A stretch of 64,000 nt of DNA from an uncultured virus (IMG/VR IMGVR_UViG_3300033170_000477) (taxonomy: Duplodnaviria; Heunggongvirae; Uroviricota; Caudoviricetes), in IMG/VR virus record IMGVR_UViG_3300033170_000477; one strand, given 5' to 3'. The notes under the pieces are model-generated. The model searched no databases and had not been told where the DNA came from. It worked only from the letters and a program-made list of their open reading frames with translations. Position numbers and translations under genes: made by a program. Positions within the stretch are counted from its first letter, which is position 1. Every line of letters begins with the position of its first letter. Positions 9,044-19,394 of the stretch are shown piece by piece.

Positions 9044-10209
9044 TAATGAAAAAATATAGAACTTGTGAAAGTGTATGTAAAGGTCATCCCGATAAATTGT
9101 GTGACATAATCTCTGACAGCATCTTAGATACGTGTTTGAGAAAAGATAAATCCTCTCGTGTGGCCTGCGAGGTGTTGGCAACCAAAGGACGTATCATTGT
9201 TGCCGGTGAGATTACCTGTTCAAAGAAAATTGATATCAAACGAGTAGTTCGTAATGTACTGACTGACGTAGGCTACAATCCAAGAAAGTTTCTCGTGTTT
9301 GTCCATGTACATCAGCAAAGTAAAGATATCGCAGGTGGTGTTGATAGAGCCTTGGAATCCCGTGAAGGCGATACTTCCTGGTATTCCATGCTAGGTGCAG
9401 GAGATCAAGGCACAGTTTATGGCTATGCCACCAATGAAACAAGTGAGAAGTTGCCGTTACCCCTTGTTCTATCTCATGCTATCTGTGAAAAGCTGGATAA
9501 AGTTATGAAGAATGGTGTTATTAAAAACATCGGTCCAGATGGTAAGGCACAAGTTACAGTAGAGTATAAAGATGATAAGCCAAAGCGGATCAAGACCATT
9601 GTTGTTTCCGTTCAGCACGGTGCTGATAAAGACTTAAATGATTTAAGGAATGAAATCATCTCTCAGGTGCTTTGGCCTGTCTTTGAAAAATATCCATTTG
9701 ATGATGAAACGGAGATACTCATTAATCCAAGCGGGCGCTTTGTGGAAGGTGGACCTGCCGCTGATACAGGATTAACCGGAAGAAAAATAATGGTGGACAC
9801 ATACGGTGGCATTGCATCTCACGGGGGCGGTGCTTTTTCCGGTAAAGACCCGACAAAAGTGGATCGCAGTGGTGCTTATATGGCAAGAGCCATCGCAAAG
9901 AACATTATTTGGTGTGGGTATGCAGAACGATGCCAGGTTGCCATTTCTTATGCAATTGGAAAAGCAGATCCAGTTGCTGTGGAAATTGATACATTTGGAA
10001 CAGGAAAGGTTGCTGAAAGTATCCTTTGTAGTGCGGTTCAAGAAGTATTTAGTCTTAGACCTGCAGCAATTATCGAAAAGTTAAGGTTGACTGATGTCAT
10101 TTATGCGGATACTGCTACCTACGGTCATTTCAGATATGGATTGCATTCTTGGGAGTTTTTAGATTGCTATAAAGAACTAAGGGAGGCGGTAAAAAGGTAT
10201 GTTGATTGA
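9040..10209 (+). CDS. metK: S-adenosylmethionine synthetase
   Basis: GHPDK, GAGDQG, GGGAFSGKDPTKVDRS signatures. Confidence 0.95.
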   Translation: MIMKKYRTCESVCKGHPDKLCDIISDSILDTCLRKDKSSRVACEVLATKGRIIVAGEITCSKKIDIKRVVRNVLTDVGYNPRKFLVFVHVHQQSKDIAGGVDRALESREGDTSWYSMLGAGDQGTVYGYATNETSEKLPLPLVLSHAICEKLDKVMKNGVIKNIGPDGKAQVTVEYKDDKPKRIKTIVVSVQHGADKDLNDLRNEIISQVLWPVFEKYPFDDETEILINPSGRFVEGGPAADTGLTGRKIMVDTYGGIASHGGGAFSGKDPTKVDRSGAYMARAIAKNIIWCGYAERCQVAISYAIGKADPVAVEIDTFGTGKVAESILCSAVQEVFSLRPAAIIEKLRLTDVIYADTATYGHFRYGLHSWEFLDCYKELREAVKRYVD

Positions 10210-11434
10210 AAAAAAGAATACAAAAGACTTGCTTCCTGCTAAATACAATCCTCGTAAAGATTTAAAGCCAGGTGATGCAGAGTATGAAAAGCTGAAACGC
10301 TCGATTGAGCAGTTTGGATATGTGGAGCCGGTTATCTGGAATAAGGTGACAGGCAATGTTGTAGGTGGCCATCAAAGACTTAAAGTACTCATTGATATGG
10401 GTATATCAGAAGTCGAATGCGTCATCATTGAGATGGATGAGGAAAAGGAAAAAGCCCTCAATATTGCTCTAAATAAAATTAGCGGTGATTGGGATAAGGA
10501 TAAGCTTGCCCTTCTGATTGCTGATTTACAAGGTGCAGATTTTGATGTTTCGCTTACTGGATTTGATCCTAAAGAACTGGATGACTTATTTAAAGATACC
10601 ATTAAAGATGGGATTCACGATGATGACTTTGATGTAGATGAAGAATTAAAAAAGCCTGCAATCAGCAAATTTGGTGACGTATGGACGCTAGGTAGGCATC
10701 GGCTGGTATGTGGTGACTCCACAAAAAAAGAAACCTATGATCTGCTGATGAATAAAAACAAGGCGAATTTGTGTGTGACAGACCCTCCCTACAACGTAAA
10801 TTATGAAGGCTCTGCAGGGAAAATCAAAAATGATCATATGACAAATGATGCCTTTTATCAATTCCTCTTAGATGCCTTTATCAATATTGAAGAAGCATTA
10901 GCAGACGATGCATCCATCTATGTATTTCATGCCGACACCGAAGGGTTTAATTTTAGAAAAGCCTTCTCGGATGCCGGCTTTTATTTATCCGGGTGCTGTA
11001 TATGGAAAAAGGACTCCCTTGTACTTGGGCGTTCACCGTATCAATGGCAACATGAACCTGTGCTTTTTGGTTGGAAGAAGAAAGGAAGACATCAGTGGTA
11101 TACGGGAAGAAAAGAAACTACCATATGGGAGTTTGATAAACCAAAGAGAAATGGTGAGCATCCTACGATGAAGCCGATTCCTCTTCTTGCCTATCCTATT
11201 TTGAATTCCTCTATGAGTAACACAATTGTACTCGATCCCTTTGGAGGAAGTGGAAGTACATTAATTGCTTGTGAGCAGTCAGAGCGTATTTGCTACACAG
11301 TGGAACTGGATGAGAAATTCTGTGATGTTATTGTAAAACGCTATATTGAGCAAGTCGGGACTTCAAAAGAAGTAAGTGTTCAAAGGGATGGACTCAGTTA
11401 TAGATATGATGAACTCAAGGAAACTAATGAGTAA
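10199..11434 (+). CDS. ParB-like domain + beta-class N4/N6 DNA methyltransferase
   Basis: YNPR..VGGHQR; DPPY precedes DPFGGSGST; HPTMKP. Confidence 0.9.
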   Translation: MLIEKKNTKDLLPAKYNPRKDLKPGDAEYEKLKRSIEQFGYVEPVIWNKVTGNVVGGHQRLKVLIDMGISEVECVIIEMDEEKEKALNIALNKISGDWDKDKLALLIADLQGADFDVSLTGFDPKELDDLFKDTIKDGIHDDDFDVDEELKKPAISKFGDVWTLGRHRLVCGDSTKKETYDLLMNKNKANLCVTDPPYNVNYEGSAGKIKNDHMTNDAFYQFLLDAFINIEEALADDASIYVFHADTEGFNFRKAFSDAGFYLSGCCIWKKDSLVLGRSPYQWQHEPVLFGWKKKGRHQWYTGRKETTIWEFDKPKRNGEHPTMKPIPLLAYPILNSSMSNTIVLDPFGGSGSTLIACEQSERICYTVELDEKFCDVIVKRYIEQVGTSKEVSVQRDGLSYRYDELKETNE

Positions 11435-11476
11435 GCGAATGTTTATATAATTTCCCACCATATAATCGATAAAAAG

Positions 11477-11510
11477 CTTGATAAATAAGTGTTTTAGAGT
11501 GATATATGTA
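11477..11510 (+). promoter_or_regulatory. Promoter-like motif CTTG..N..TTTTAGAGTGATATATGTA (copy 1)
   Basis: 19-bp exact match with the copy at ~35541-35559. Confidence 0.55.
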
Positions 11511-11537
11511 CATACCAAAACAAAGGAGGTTTTGTAC

Positions 11538-12230
11538 ATGATCATTAATTATAACGTAACAGGGTCAGAGCGTAAGAGGTTAGTGACAGCACTTAGTGAC
11601 ATCACAGGTGTTAAAGCAAAGTACCTTGGAATGCCAAGCATGGCTTATGAGGTTGGTGCCTTTATCATCGACAAGAATGGGAACCTTGAATTTAGTGATA
11701 AGGCAGATGGCGAAAAAATCGAAAACGTGGCCCAGTGTTTGGCAAGGGAGGGTTTTATCGCAGAGGAACAAATTAACACCACTGAGGGCAAAAAAACCGC
11801 AGACAGCGAGGCTTTAAGCCTTTGCATATCAATGCCAAGGAGTAGCTTTACAGAAAAGGCACTTGAAAACCTAAAAGCGATTGTTGAGGCAAAAGGCGAT
11901 CTTATCCGTCATGCACTAGAAGCAGAAGACTTACCTGTTGAAATTTCTGAAGATGAAGTTTCATTCCCATGGTTTAAAGAAATACCAACACCAGAAGAGG
12001 TTAAGGCTTACAACCATTTTATTTCTGGGCTTTGCGAGATGGCAAGAAACCAGAAACGCATTACTGCAAAAGAAAAGGAAATCCCAAATGAAAAATACGC
12101 ATTTAGATGCTTTTTACTCCGCCTTGGCTTTATTGGCAAAGAGTATAAAGAAGAACGAAAAATATTGCTCAGAAATCTAACCGGTTCTGCGGCATTCAAA
12201 GGAGGAGTAAAAAATGAGGATAATCAGTAA
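11538..12230 (+). CDS. Conserved phage protein (often annotated virulence-related)
   Basis: RBS AAGGAGG; C-terminal NEKYAFRCFLLRLGFIG.EYK..RK.LL.NL.G. Confidence 0.65.
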   Translation: MIINYNVTGSERKRLVTALSDITGVKAKYLGMPSMAYEVGAFIIDKNGNLEFSDKADGEKIENVAQCLAREGFIAEEQINTTEGKKTADSEALSLCISMPRSSFTEKALENLKAIVEAKGDLIRHALEAEDLPVEISEDEVSFPWFKEIPTPEEVKAYNHFISGLCEMARNQKRITAKEKEIPNEKYAFRCFLLRLGFIGKEYKEERKILLRNLTGSAAFKGGVKNEDNQ

Positions 12231-12444
12231 AGAACAACTGCTAAACCTTCGTGAGAAGTACCCTGTTGGATGTCGAGTAGAACTATTAAAGATGGATGAT
12301 ATTCAAGCTCCAAAGATTGGTACAAAAGGAACAGTTGTAGGAGTTGACGATATTGGTTCTATTATGGTGCGTTGGGATTCAGGCTCCAGCCTCTCAGTCG
12401 CTTTTGGCGAAGACCTGTGCAGGAGGATTCACGATGACAGATAA
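12214..12444 (+). CDS. DUF4314 family protein
   Basis: YPVGCRVEL..MDD...GTV..VDDIG.I.V.WD.GS.L. Confidence 0.8.
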   Translation: MRIISKEQLLNLREKYPVGCRVELLKMDDIQAPKIGTKGTVVGVDDIGSIMVRWDSGSSLSVAFGEDLCRRIHDDR

Positions 12445-12613
12445 GATAAAACAACAGATTCATGCTATTCGTGAAACAGGTGAAACCAATATGTTTGATG
12501 TACGAAAAGTACAGGAAATCGCTCTAAGGGAAGGATATGACGAGTTGCTTCTTTACCTTGCAGATAACATTGGGGCTTATTCCAGGTTCATTCTGACCGG
12601 TAAGGAGGAATAA
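12434..12613 (+). CDS. DUF5049 family protein
   Basis: IKQQI.AIRETGETNMFD..V. Confidence 0.75.
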   Translation: MTDKIKQQIHAIRETGETNMFDVRKVQEIALREGYDELLLYLADNIGAYSRFILTGKEE

Positions 12614-12617
12614 AGCC

Positions 12618-12842
12618 ATGTGGAAAGAAGGTAGCATCAAAGTTCATGACAGTATCATCCATTATTGGGTAAAGTGCTATGAGAAAGGCTCGGAATTTGG
12701 AATTGACGAAGGACGCATCTCTAAGCTGATGCTTAAACGTAACGGAAAGATTATTGCAAATTATGACCGGGGCTGGGACATTGAACCTGTGGATGAGGAT
12801 GCAGAAATTGCGCTTGCAATCCTATTGCTAGAACACAACTAA
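12618..12842 (+). CDS. Small conserved phage protein
   Basis: MWKEG..GIDEGRISKL...NYDRGWD; RBS AAGGAGG. Confidence 0.7.
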   Translation: MWKEGSIKVHDSIIHYWVKCYEKGSEFGIDEGRISKLMLKRNGKIIANYDRGWDIEPVDEDAEIALAILLLEHN

Positions 12843-12950
12843 ATAGTAAAAGAGGACAGTGCCAAAGTTGGCTCTGTTTCTCGTATGGATAGAATGATAA
12901 GGCTTGCTTGATGCAGGTCTATTTTTATGCTTGTTGGGAGGTGACCGCAT

Positions 12951-14552
12951 ATTAGAAAGTTGAAGAAATATAAACCGACAGCTTTTATGGCAAAGGACTC
13001 TTATTACGATAAAGATGCTGCAGACTATGCGGTCAACTTTATTGAGTGCTTAAGCCATACCAAAGGTAAATGGTCAGGAAAGCCTTTTGAACTCATAGAT
13101 TGGCAAGAGCAAATTATCAGAGATATTTTTGGAACACTTAAACCAAATGGATATAGACAGTTTAATACAGCTTATATTGAGATACCAAAGAAAATGGGTA
13201 AATCAGAACTTGCGGCTGCTGTTGCCCTACTTCTTTGTTGTGGTGATGGTGAAGAAAGAGCGGAGGTTTATGGTTGTGCTGCAGATCGTCAGCAAGCATC
13301 GATAGTATTTGAAGTTGCAGCTGATATGGTGCGTATGAGCCCAGCACTTAGTAAACGAGTTAAGATCCTGTCGGCAACAAAGCGTATTGTTTTTCAGCCG
13401 ACAAATAGTTTTTATCAAGTGCTTTCAGCTGAAGCCTATTCAAAGCATGGTTTTAATATACACGGTGTTGTTTTTGATGAACTTCATACCCAGCCCAATA
13501 GAAAACTCTTTGATGTTATGACCAAGGGTTCTGGTGATGCAAGAACCCAACCGCTGTATTTTCTTATTACCACTGCAGGGTCAGACACCAAATCTATCTG
13601 CTATGAGACACATCAAAAAGCGAAAGACCTCTTGGAAGGGCGAAAGGTTGACCCTACATTTTATCCAGTTATTTATGGAGCAGACGAATCTGATGATTGG
13701 ACTGATCCAAAAGTATGGAAAAAAGCAAATCCAAGCCTAGGGATTACAGTGGGAATCGACAAGGTAAAAGCCGCTTGTGAATCTGCAAAGCAAAATCCTG
13801 CAGAAGAGAATACATTTAGGCAGTTAAGACTTAATCAATGGGTCAAACAAGCAGTTAGATGGATGCCAATGGATAAGTGGGATAAATGTGCTTTTGCCGT
13901 AAATGAAGAAGACTTATTTGGAAGAGTTTGCTATGGCGGTCTAGACCTTTCAAGTTCCATAGATATAACAGCCTTTGTACTCGTGTTTCCACCGGAAGAT
14001 GAAGATGACAAATATGTTGTTCTTCCCTATTTTTGGTTACCGGAAGAAACCCTTAATCTCAGAGTAAATCGTGACCATGTTCCCTATGATGTATGGGAAA
14101 AGCAAGAACATCTTAAAACTACTGAAGGCAATGTTGTGCATTATGGTTTCATTGAGAAGTTTATTGAAAGTCTTGGTGAGAAATATAATATTCGAGAGAT
14201 TGCCTTTGACCGCTGGGGTGCAGTTCAGATGGTACAAAACCTTGAGGGTATGGGATTTACCGTTGTTCCTTTTGGACAGGGATTTAAAGACATGAGTCCG
14301 CCAACCAAGGAACTTATGAAACTAACCTTGGAGGAAAAGGTCGCACATGGTGGACATCCCGTTCTTAGATGGATGATGGATAATATTTTTATTCGTACTG
14401 ATCCGGCGGGTAATATTAAGCCAGATAAAGAGAAATCAACAGAAAAAATAGATGGTGCTGTAGCCACTATTATGGCTCTGGATAGAGCAATTCGTTGTGG
14501 CAATGATACGAGTGCTTCGGTTTATGACGGTCGGGGACTACTCGTGTTTTAG
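12951..14552 (+). CDS. terL: Terminase large subunit
   Basis: EIPKKMGKSE Walker A, FDELH, GGLDLS, EKIDGAVA; start probably ATT 12951 (ORF track gives TTG 12960). Confidence 0.93.
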   Translation: MRKLKKYKPTAFMAKDSYYDKDAADYAVNFIECLSHTKGKWSGKPFELIDWQEQIIRDIFGTLKPNGYRQFNTAYIEIPKKMGKSELAAAVALLLCCGDGEERAEVYGCAADRQQASIVFEVAADMVRMSPALSKRVKILSATKRIVFQPTNSFYQVLSAEAYSKHGFNIHGVVFDELHTQPNRKLFDVMTKGSGDARTQPLYFLITTAGSDTKSICYETHQKAKDLLEGRKVDPTFYPVIYGADESDDWTDPKVWKKANPSLGITVGIDKVKAACESAKQNPAEENTFRQLRLNQWVKQAVRWMPMDKWDKCAFAVNEEDLFGRVCYGGLDLSSSIDITAFVLVFPPEDEDDKYVVLPYFWLPEETLNLRVNRDHVPYDVWEKQEHLKTTEGNVVHYGFIEKFIESLGEKYNIREIAFDRWGAVQMVQNLEGMGFTVVPFGQGFKDMSPPTKELMKLTLEEKVAHGGHPVLRWMMDNIFIRTDPAGNIKPDKEKSTEKIDGAVATIMALDRAIRCGNDTSASVYDGRGLLVF

Positions 14553-14561
14553 GAGAGGAGA

Positions 14562-15827
14562 GTGATGCAGATGGGGCTATTTACAAATATTTTTAAAGCA
14601 CGTGACAAACCACAAAATCGAACTGCAGGGAGCAACTATAGTTTCCTTTTTGGCGGCTCGACAAGCGGCAAGCCTGTTAATGAGCATACAGCCATGCAAA
14701 TGACTGCAGTGTATTCCTGCGTGAGGATATTAGCAGAGGCTGTGGCAGGGCTTCCCCTTCACCTATATAAATACACCGATAGCGGCGGTAAGGAGAAGGC
14801 ACTTTCTCATCCGCTATATTTTTTATTACATGATGAGCCAAATCCAGAGATGAGTTCTTTCGTTTTCCGCGAGACGATGATGACTCATCTTTTATTATGG
14901 GGCAATGCCTATGCTCAGATTATTCGAAACGGCAAAGGTGAAGTCATAGCACTGTATCCACTAATGCCAAATCGAATGTCTGTGGATCGAGATTCCAGTG
15001 GAAATCTCTATTATTCTTACACCAGGTATTCCGATGATGCACCAACGATGAACGGTGTGGCGGTTACATTAAGACCAAGCGATGTACTTCATATTCCAGG
15101 TTTAGGCTTTGATGGTCTTGTGGGTTACTCGCCGATTGCTATGGCTAAGAATGCTATAGGTATGGCAATAGCATGTGAGGAATATGGAGCTAAGTTCTTT
15201 GCTAATGGGGCAGCACCAGGAGGGGTACTTGAACATCCTGGCACCATTAAAGACCCTCAGAAAGTAAGGGAAAGTTGGAATGCAGCCTATCAAGGGAGTA
15301 GCAACTCTCATCGCGTAGCAGTACTTGAAGAAGGCATGAAATACCAGCCAATTGGTATCTCGCCGGAGCAAGCTCAGTTTTTAGAAACAAGGAAATTTCA
15401 AATCAATGAAATCGCTCGAATTTTCCGCGTACCTCCACATATGGTTGGAGACTTGGAAAAGTCGAGCTTTTCTAATATTGAACAACAATCACTGGAGTTT
15501 GTGAAATACACCTTGGACCCTTGGGTAATTCGGTGGGAGCAGGCCATTAGCAGAGCGCTTTTAAGATCAGATGAAAAGAAGCAGTATTTTTCCAAGTTTA
15601 ACGTAGATGGTCTGCTTCGTGGAGATTATGTTTCTCGAATGAGCGGCTATGCAACCGCCAGACAAAACGGATGGATGAGTGCCAATGATATTAGGGAGCT
15701 TGAGAACCTAGACCGAATTCCACCTGAGCTTGGAGGAGATTTATACCTAATTAACGGCAATATGACCAAACTGGCGGATGCGGGCATATTTGCAAATAAA
15801 GAAGGATTGGAGGAAACAGCCAAATGA
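14562..15827 (+). CDS. HK97-family portal protein
   Basis: AVYSCVRILAEAVAGLP, LLLWGNAY, IARIFRVPPHM, SNIEQQ. Confidence 0.95.
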   Translation: MMQMGLFTNIFKARDKPQNRTAGSNYSFLFGGSTSGKPVNEHTAMQMTAVYSCVRILAEAVAGLPLHLYKYTDSGGKEKALSHPLYFLLHDEPNPEMSSFVFRETMMTHLLLWGNAYAQIIRNGKGEVIALYPLMPNRMSVDRDSSGNLYYSYTRYSDDAPTMNGVAVTLRPSDVLHIPGLGFDGLVGYSPIAMAKNAIGMAIACEEYGAKFFANGAAPGGVLEHPGTIKDPQKVRESWNAAYQGSSNSHRVAVLEEGMKYQPIGISPEQAQFLETRKFQINEIARIFRVPPHMVGDLEKSSFSNIEQQSLEFVKYTLDPWVIRWEQAISRALLRSDEKKQYFSKFNVDGLLRGDYVSRMSGYATARQNGWMSANDIRELENLDRIPPELGGDLYLINGNMTKLADAGIFANKEGLEETAK

Positions 15828-16504
15828 AAAAGTTTTGGAACTGGGTGCGTGATTTAGATACACAAACACGAACCCTCTACCTTAACGGTGCAATTGCAGA
15901 GGAGAGTTGGTTTGAAGATGATGTTACTCCTGCAGCTTTTAAAGCAGAGCTTATGAGTGGCGAAGGAGACATTGTTGTTTGGATCAACTCTCCCGGTGGC
16001 GATTGTATCGCAGCATCACAGATTTATAACATGCTGATGGATTACAAGGGCAATGTCACTGTAAAAATTGACGGTATTGCAGCATCAGCCGCATCGGTCA
16101 TTGCAATGGCAGGAACAGAAGTCTTGATGTCACCAACCTCACTCATGATGATCCATAACCCATTCACCATAGCCATTGGTGATAGTGAGGAGATGCAAAA
16201 GGCAATGCAAATGTTAGATGAAGTAAAGGAAAGTATCATCAATGCTTATGAACTGAAAACCGGTTTATCACGAACAAGGCTATCCCATCTGATGGATGCA
16301 GAAACATGGCTTAATGCCAATAAAGCGATTGAGCTTGGTTTTGCTGATGACATCATGTTTAGAACTGGAGAAAGTACTGTGCAAGATAGTTTTGTGTTTA
16401 GCCGAAGAGCAGTGACCAATTCATTAATGGATAAGCTTAAGAAACCAGTTGTCAAACAATCAACCGAGCCGCTTTATGAGCGGCTTAATTTATTAAAATA
16501 TTAG
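15824..16504 (+). CDS. ClpP-like prohead protease
   Basis: INSPGGD, GIAASAASVI, MIHNP, ETWL. Confidence 0.92.
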   Translation: MKKFWNWVRDLDTQTRTLYLNGAIAEESWFEDDVTPAAFKAELMSGEGDIVVWINSPGGDCIAASQIYNMLMDYKGNVTVKIDGIAASAASVIAMAGTEVLMSPTSLMMIHNPFTIAIGDSEEMQKAMQMLDEVKESIINAYELKTGLSRTRLSHLMDAETWLNANKAIELGFADDIMFRTGESTVQDSFVFSRRAVTNSLMDKLKKPVVKQSTEPLYERLNLLKY

Positions 16505-16516
16505 GAGGAAATCAAA

Positions 16517-17716
16517 ATGAGTAAAATTCTTGAACTGCGTGAAAAACGTGCAAAAGCATGGGAAGCGGCAAAGGCATTTCTTGATTCAAAACGTGGCAGT
16601 GACGGGCTTGTTTCTGCGGAGGATGCGGTAACCTACGACAGAATGGAAGAGGACATTGTTAATCTTGGAAAGGAAATCACAAGACTGGAACGCCAAGAGG
16701 CACTTGAAGCAGAACTTAACAAACCTGTGAATATGCCTCTTACTGGAAAACCAAATATTCCAGGGATGGAAACAAAGACTGGAAGAGCAAGTGATGATTA
16801 TAAGAAGGCATTCTGGAATGTCATGCGAAGCAAAAATCCTAGACATGATGTACTCAATTCCCTCTCTGTAGGAACTGATTCTGAGGGTGGATATCTTGTT
16901 CCAGATGAATTTGAACGTACCCTAATTCAAACCCTTGAGGAAGAAAATGTGTTCCGTAAGCTGGCAAAAATTATTCAGACCTCAAGCGGTGACAGAAAAA
17001 TTCCTGTTGTAGTGACCAAAGGAACTGCGGCTTGGCTTGATGAAGGCGAGGAATTTGATGAGAGTGATTCTGTATTTGGTCAGACTTCCATTGGTGCATA
17101 TAAGTTGGGTACGATGATCAAAGTCTCGGATGAACTCTTAAATGATAGTGTATTTAATCTTGAAAGCTATATTTCCACTGAGTTTGCCAGAAGAATTGGA
17201 GCAAAGGAAGAGGAAGCATTTCTTGTTGGAGATGCTGATGGAAAACCTACAGGCATTTTCAATGCTACTGGTGGAGCACAACTTGGGATTACTGCAGGTT
17301 CGGCTACAGCTATTACAGCAGATGAGATTATCGATCTTGTCTACTCATTAAAAGCACCATACAGAAAAAATGCAGTGTTCTTAATGAATGATGCAACGGT
17401 GAAAGCAATCCGTAAACTAAAAGACGGACAGGGCCAATATCTATGGCAGCCTTCGCTGACTGCGGGTACTCCAGATACATTGCTAAACCGTCCAGTATAT
17501 ACTTCAGCCTATGCGCCAATTATTGAGGCTGGGGCAAAGACCATCGCATTTGGTGACTTTGGCTACTACTGGATTGCGGACAGACAAGGACGTTCTTTCA
17601 AGCGTTTAAATGAGCTATTTGCAACCACTGGTCAAGTTGGTTTCCTTGCAAGTCAACGTGTAGACGGTAAACTGATCCTTCCTGAGGCTGTGAAAATCCT
17701 ACAGCAAAAGGCTTAA
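16517..17716 (+). CDS. HK97-family major capsid protein
   Basis: EGGYLVPDEF, LKDGQGQYLW, IAFGDF. Confidence 0.95.
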   Translation: MSKILELREKRAKAWEAAKAFLDSKRGSDGLVSAEDAVTYDRMEEDIVNLGKEITRLERQEALEAELNKPVNMPLTGKPNIPGMETKTGRASDDYKKAFWNVMRSKNPRHDVLNSLSVGTDSEGGYLVPDEFERTLIQTLEEENVFRKLAKIIQTSSGDRKIPVVVTKGTAAWLDEGEEFDESDSVFGQTSIGAYKLGTMIKVSDELLNDSVFNLESYISTEFARRIGAKEEEAFLVGDADGKPTGIFNATGGAQLGITAGSATAITADEIIDLVYSLKAPYRKNAVFLMNDATVKAIRKLKDGQGQYLWQPSLTAGTPDTLLNRPVYTSAYAPIIEAGAKTIAFGDFGYYWIADRQGRSFKRLNELFATTGQVGFLASQRVDGKLILPEAVKILQQKA

Positions 17717-17731
17717 TGGGAGGTGCAAATG

Positions 17732-17950
17732 ATGAGTTATAACACGAAGAATTATACAGAGCAAGGTGGAGAAAAGACCGTAATCGGTGGTGAGCTTGTC
17801 ATAGAAGAGGGGGCCAAAGTAACCGGCCTCCCTGTTCTTGAGAATCAACCAGCAAGCACTGCGGCTACTGTAGAGGACTTGGTAACGGACTTTAATGCCC
17901 TTTTAACCAAGTTAAAAGCCACTGGAATAATGGTAGAGGATACTCCGTAG
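17732..17950 (+). CDS. Head fiber/decoration protein
   Basis: SYNTKNYTEQGG..; L..DFNALL.KLKA.G. Confidence 0.6.
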   Translation: MSYNTKNYTEQGGEKTVIGGELVIEEGAKVTGLPVLENQPASTAATVEDLVTDFNALLTKLKATGIMVEDTP

Positions 17951-17960
17951 AGAAAGGAAG

Positions 17961-18278
17961 GTGACGGTGATGACACTGTTTGAAAAGGTAAAGGCAAATC
18001 TAATTCTTGAGCATGATCGTGATGATGAACTTCTTCAGACATACATCACCACTGCAACCTCCTATGCCGAGAGTTACCAGCATCTGCCGGAAGGTCATTA
18101 TAGCGAAAATGCAATGCCGCCAACTACGGAGCAAGCCATCATCATGCTGTCATCCCACTTCTATGAAAGTCGGGATGGCAGTACGGGTGGCTTTTTTGCT
18201 GACAATGTGCAGGCGGGCCAGCAGGTTTGGAATACGGTAAATTTACTGCTCAGGCTTGATCGGGATTGGAAGGTGTAG
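17961..18278 (+). CDS. Head-tail connector (gp6-like)
   Basis: KVKANLILEH..DDELL; HFYESR. Confidence 0.85.
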   Translation: MTVMTLFEKVKANLILEHDRDDELLQTYITTATSYAESYQHLPEGHYSENAMPPTTEQAIIMLSSHFYESRDGSTGGFFADNVQAGQQVWNTVNLLLRLDRDWKV

Positions 18279-18281
18279 CGT

Positions 18282-18617
18282 ATGAGCTTTGGAAAAATGA
18301 ATACCTTTATAGATATTATTTCTGTTGAAACAATGAAAGACAGTGAGGGTTTTAGTAAACCCACTGATACCATTGTTGCGTCTGTTCGTGCCTATAAGGA
18401 AGATCGTCACGGAAATGAAAAATGGGCCAATAGAGCAACCTTCTCTGAAGCCACCGCACTGTTTTGCTTTCGTAAGATACCGGATATTCCGGTGTCTACT
18501 AAGATGGTCATTGCGTGCAGTGATGGACGATACGAAATCACAAGTGTGGAGGATGTAAAAGGAAAAGGTATGTATATTGAAGTTTTGGCGAAAAAGGTGG
18601 TGGCATCAAGTGGCTAA
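18282..18617 (+). CDS. Head closure/head-tail adaptor
   Basis: Position and size; GKMNTFIDI, YEITSVEDV. Confidence 0.75.
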   Translation: MSFGKMNTFIDIISVETMKDSEGFSKPTDTIVASVRAYKEDRHGNEKWANRATFSEATALFCFRKIPDIPVSTKMVIACSDGRYEITSVEDVKGKGMYIEVLAKKVVASSG

Positions 18618-19041
18618 AGCAGATGTTAAAATGCCGGAAGATTTTCTTCTAAAACTTTCAAAGCTGGGTGATAAGACAGATGAAATTATACCGAAGGTGC
18701 TGGAGTCAGGAGGAGAAGTAGTTCTAGAAAGAGTAAAGTCAAATTTACAAGGGACTATTGGTAGTGGAACAAAAGAAAAAAGCCGGTCTACGGGTGAACT
18801 AGTCGATTCCCTTGGTGTCTCCCCTGCTAAGCTAGATCGAAACGGTAATTTTAATGTAAAAGTGGGTTTTAAAGAACCAAGAAGAAATGGTGAAAGCAAT
18901 GCCAAGATAGCCAATATCATAGAGTATGGGAAATCCGGTCAACCGCCCAAACCATTTTTAAAGCCAGCAAGAAGGACTTCAAGAAAAGCCTGTATAGAAG
19001 CAATGAAACAGCGATTTGATGAAGAGGTGGATAAAATATGA
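18610..19041 (+). CDS. HK97 gp10-like tail component
   Basis: STGELVDS, IEYGKSGQPPKPFLKPA. Confidence 0.8.
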   Translation: MAKADVKMPEDFLLKLSKLGDKTDEIIPKVLESGGEVVLERVKSNLQGTIGSGTKEKSRSTGELVDSLGVSPAKLDRNGNFNVKVGFKEPRRNGESNAKIANIIEYGKSGQPPKPFLKPARRTSRKACIEAMKQRFDEEVDKI

Positions 19042-19391
19042 GCATCTTAAAAGAATTAAATCTCATAGCAGATATGTGTAGCATTCCAGTAGAGACAGGT
19101 GTTTTTTCTGGTGTGCCTCCTGATGTTTATCTTGTAATCACACCTCTTGTCGATTTGTTTGAGGTTCATGCTGATAACAAGCCTGAATATGAAGTGCAGG
19201 AAGTTAGACTTTCCCTATTTGTAAAAGGTAACTATATAGGCATTAAAAATAATTTAATCCGCACTCTATTGGGTGCGGATTTTACAATAACAGACCGTAG
19301 GTATATCGGGCATGAAGATGATACTGGTTACCACCACTATGCCATTGATGTGGCAAAACCCTATGAATTTAAATTAGAAATGGAGGAATAA
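19038..19391 (+). CDS. Putative tail completion/terminator protein
   Basis: Position immediately before the major tail gene. Confidence 0.6.
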   Translation: MSILKELNLIADMCSIPVETGVFSGVPPDVYLVITPLVDLFEVHADNKPEYEVQEVRLSLFVKGNYIGIKNNLIRTLLGADFTITDRRYIGHEDDTGYHHYAIDVAKPYEFKLEMEE

Positions 19392-19394
19392 AAT

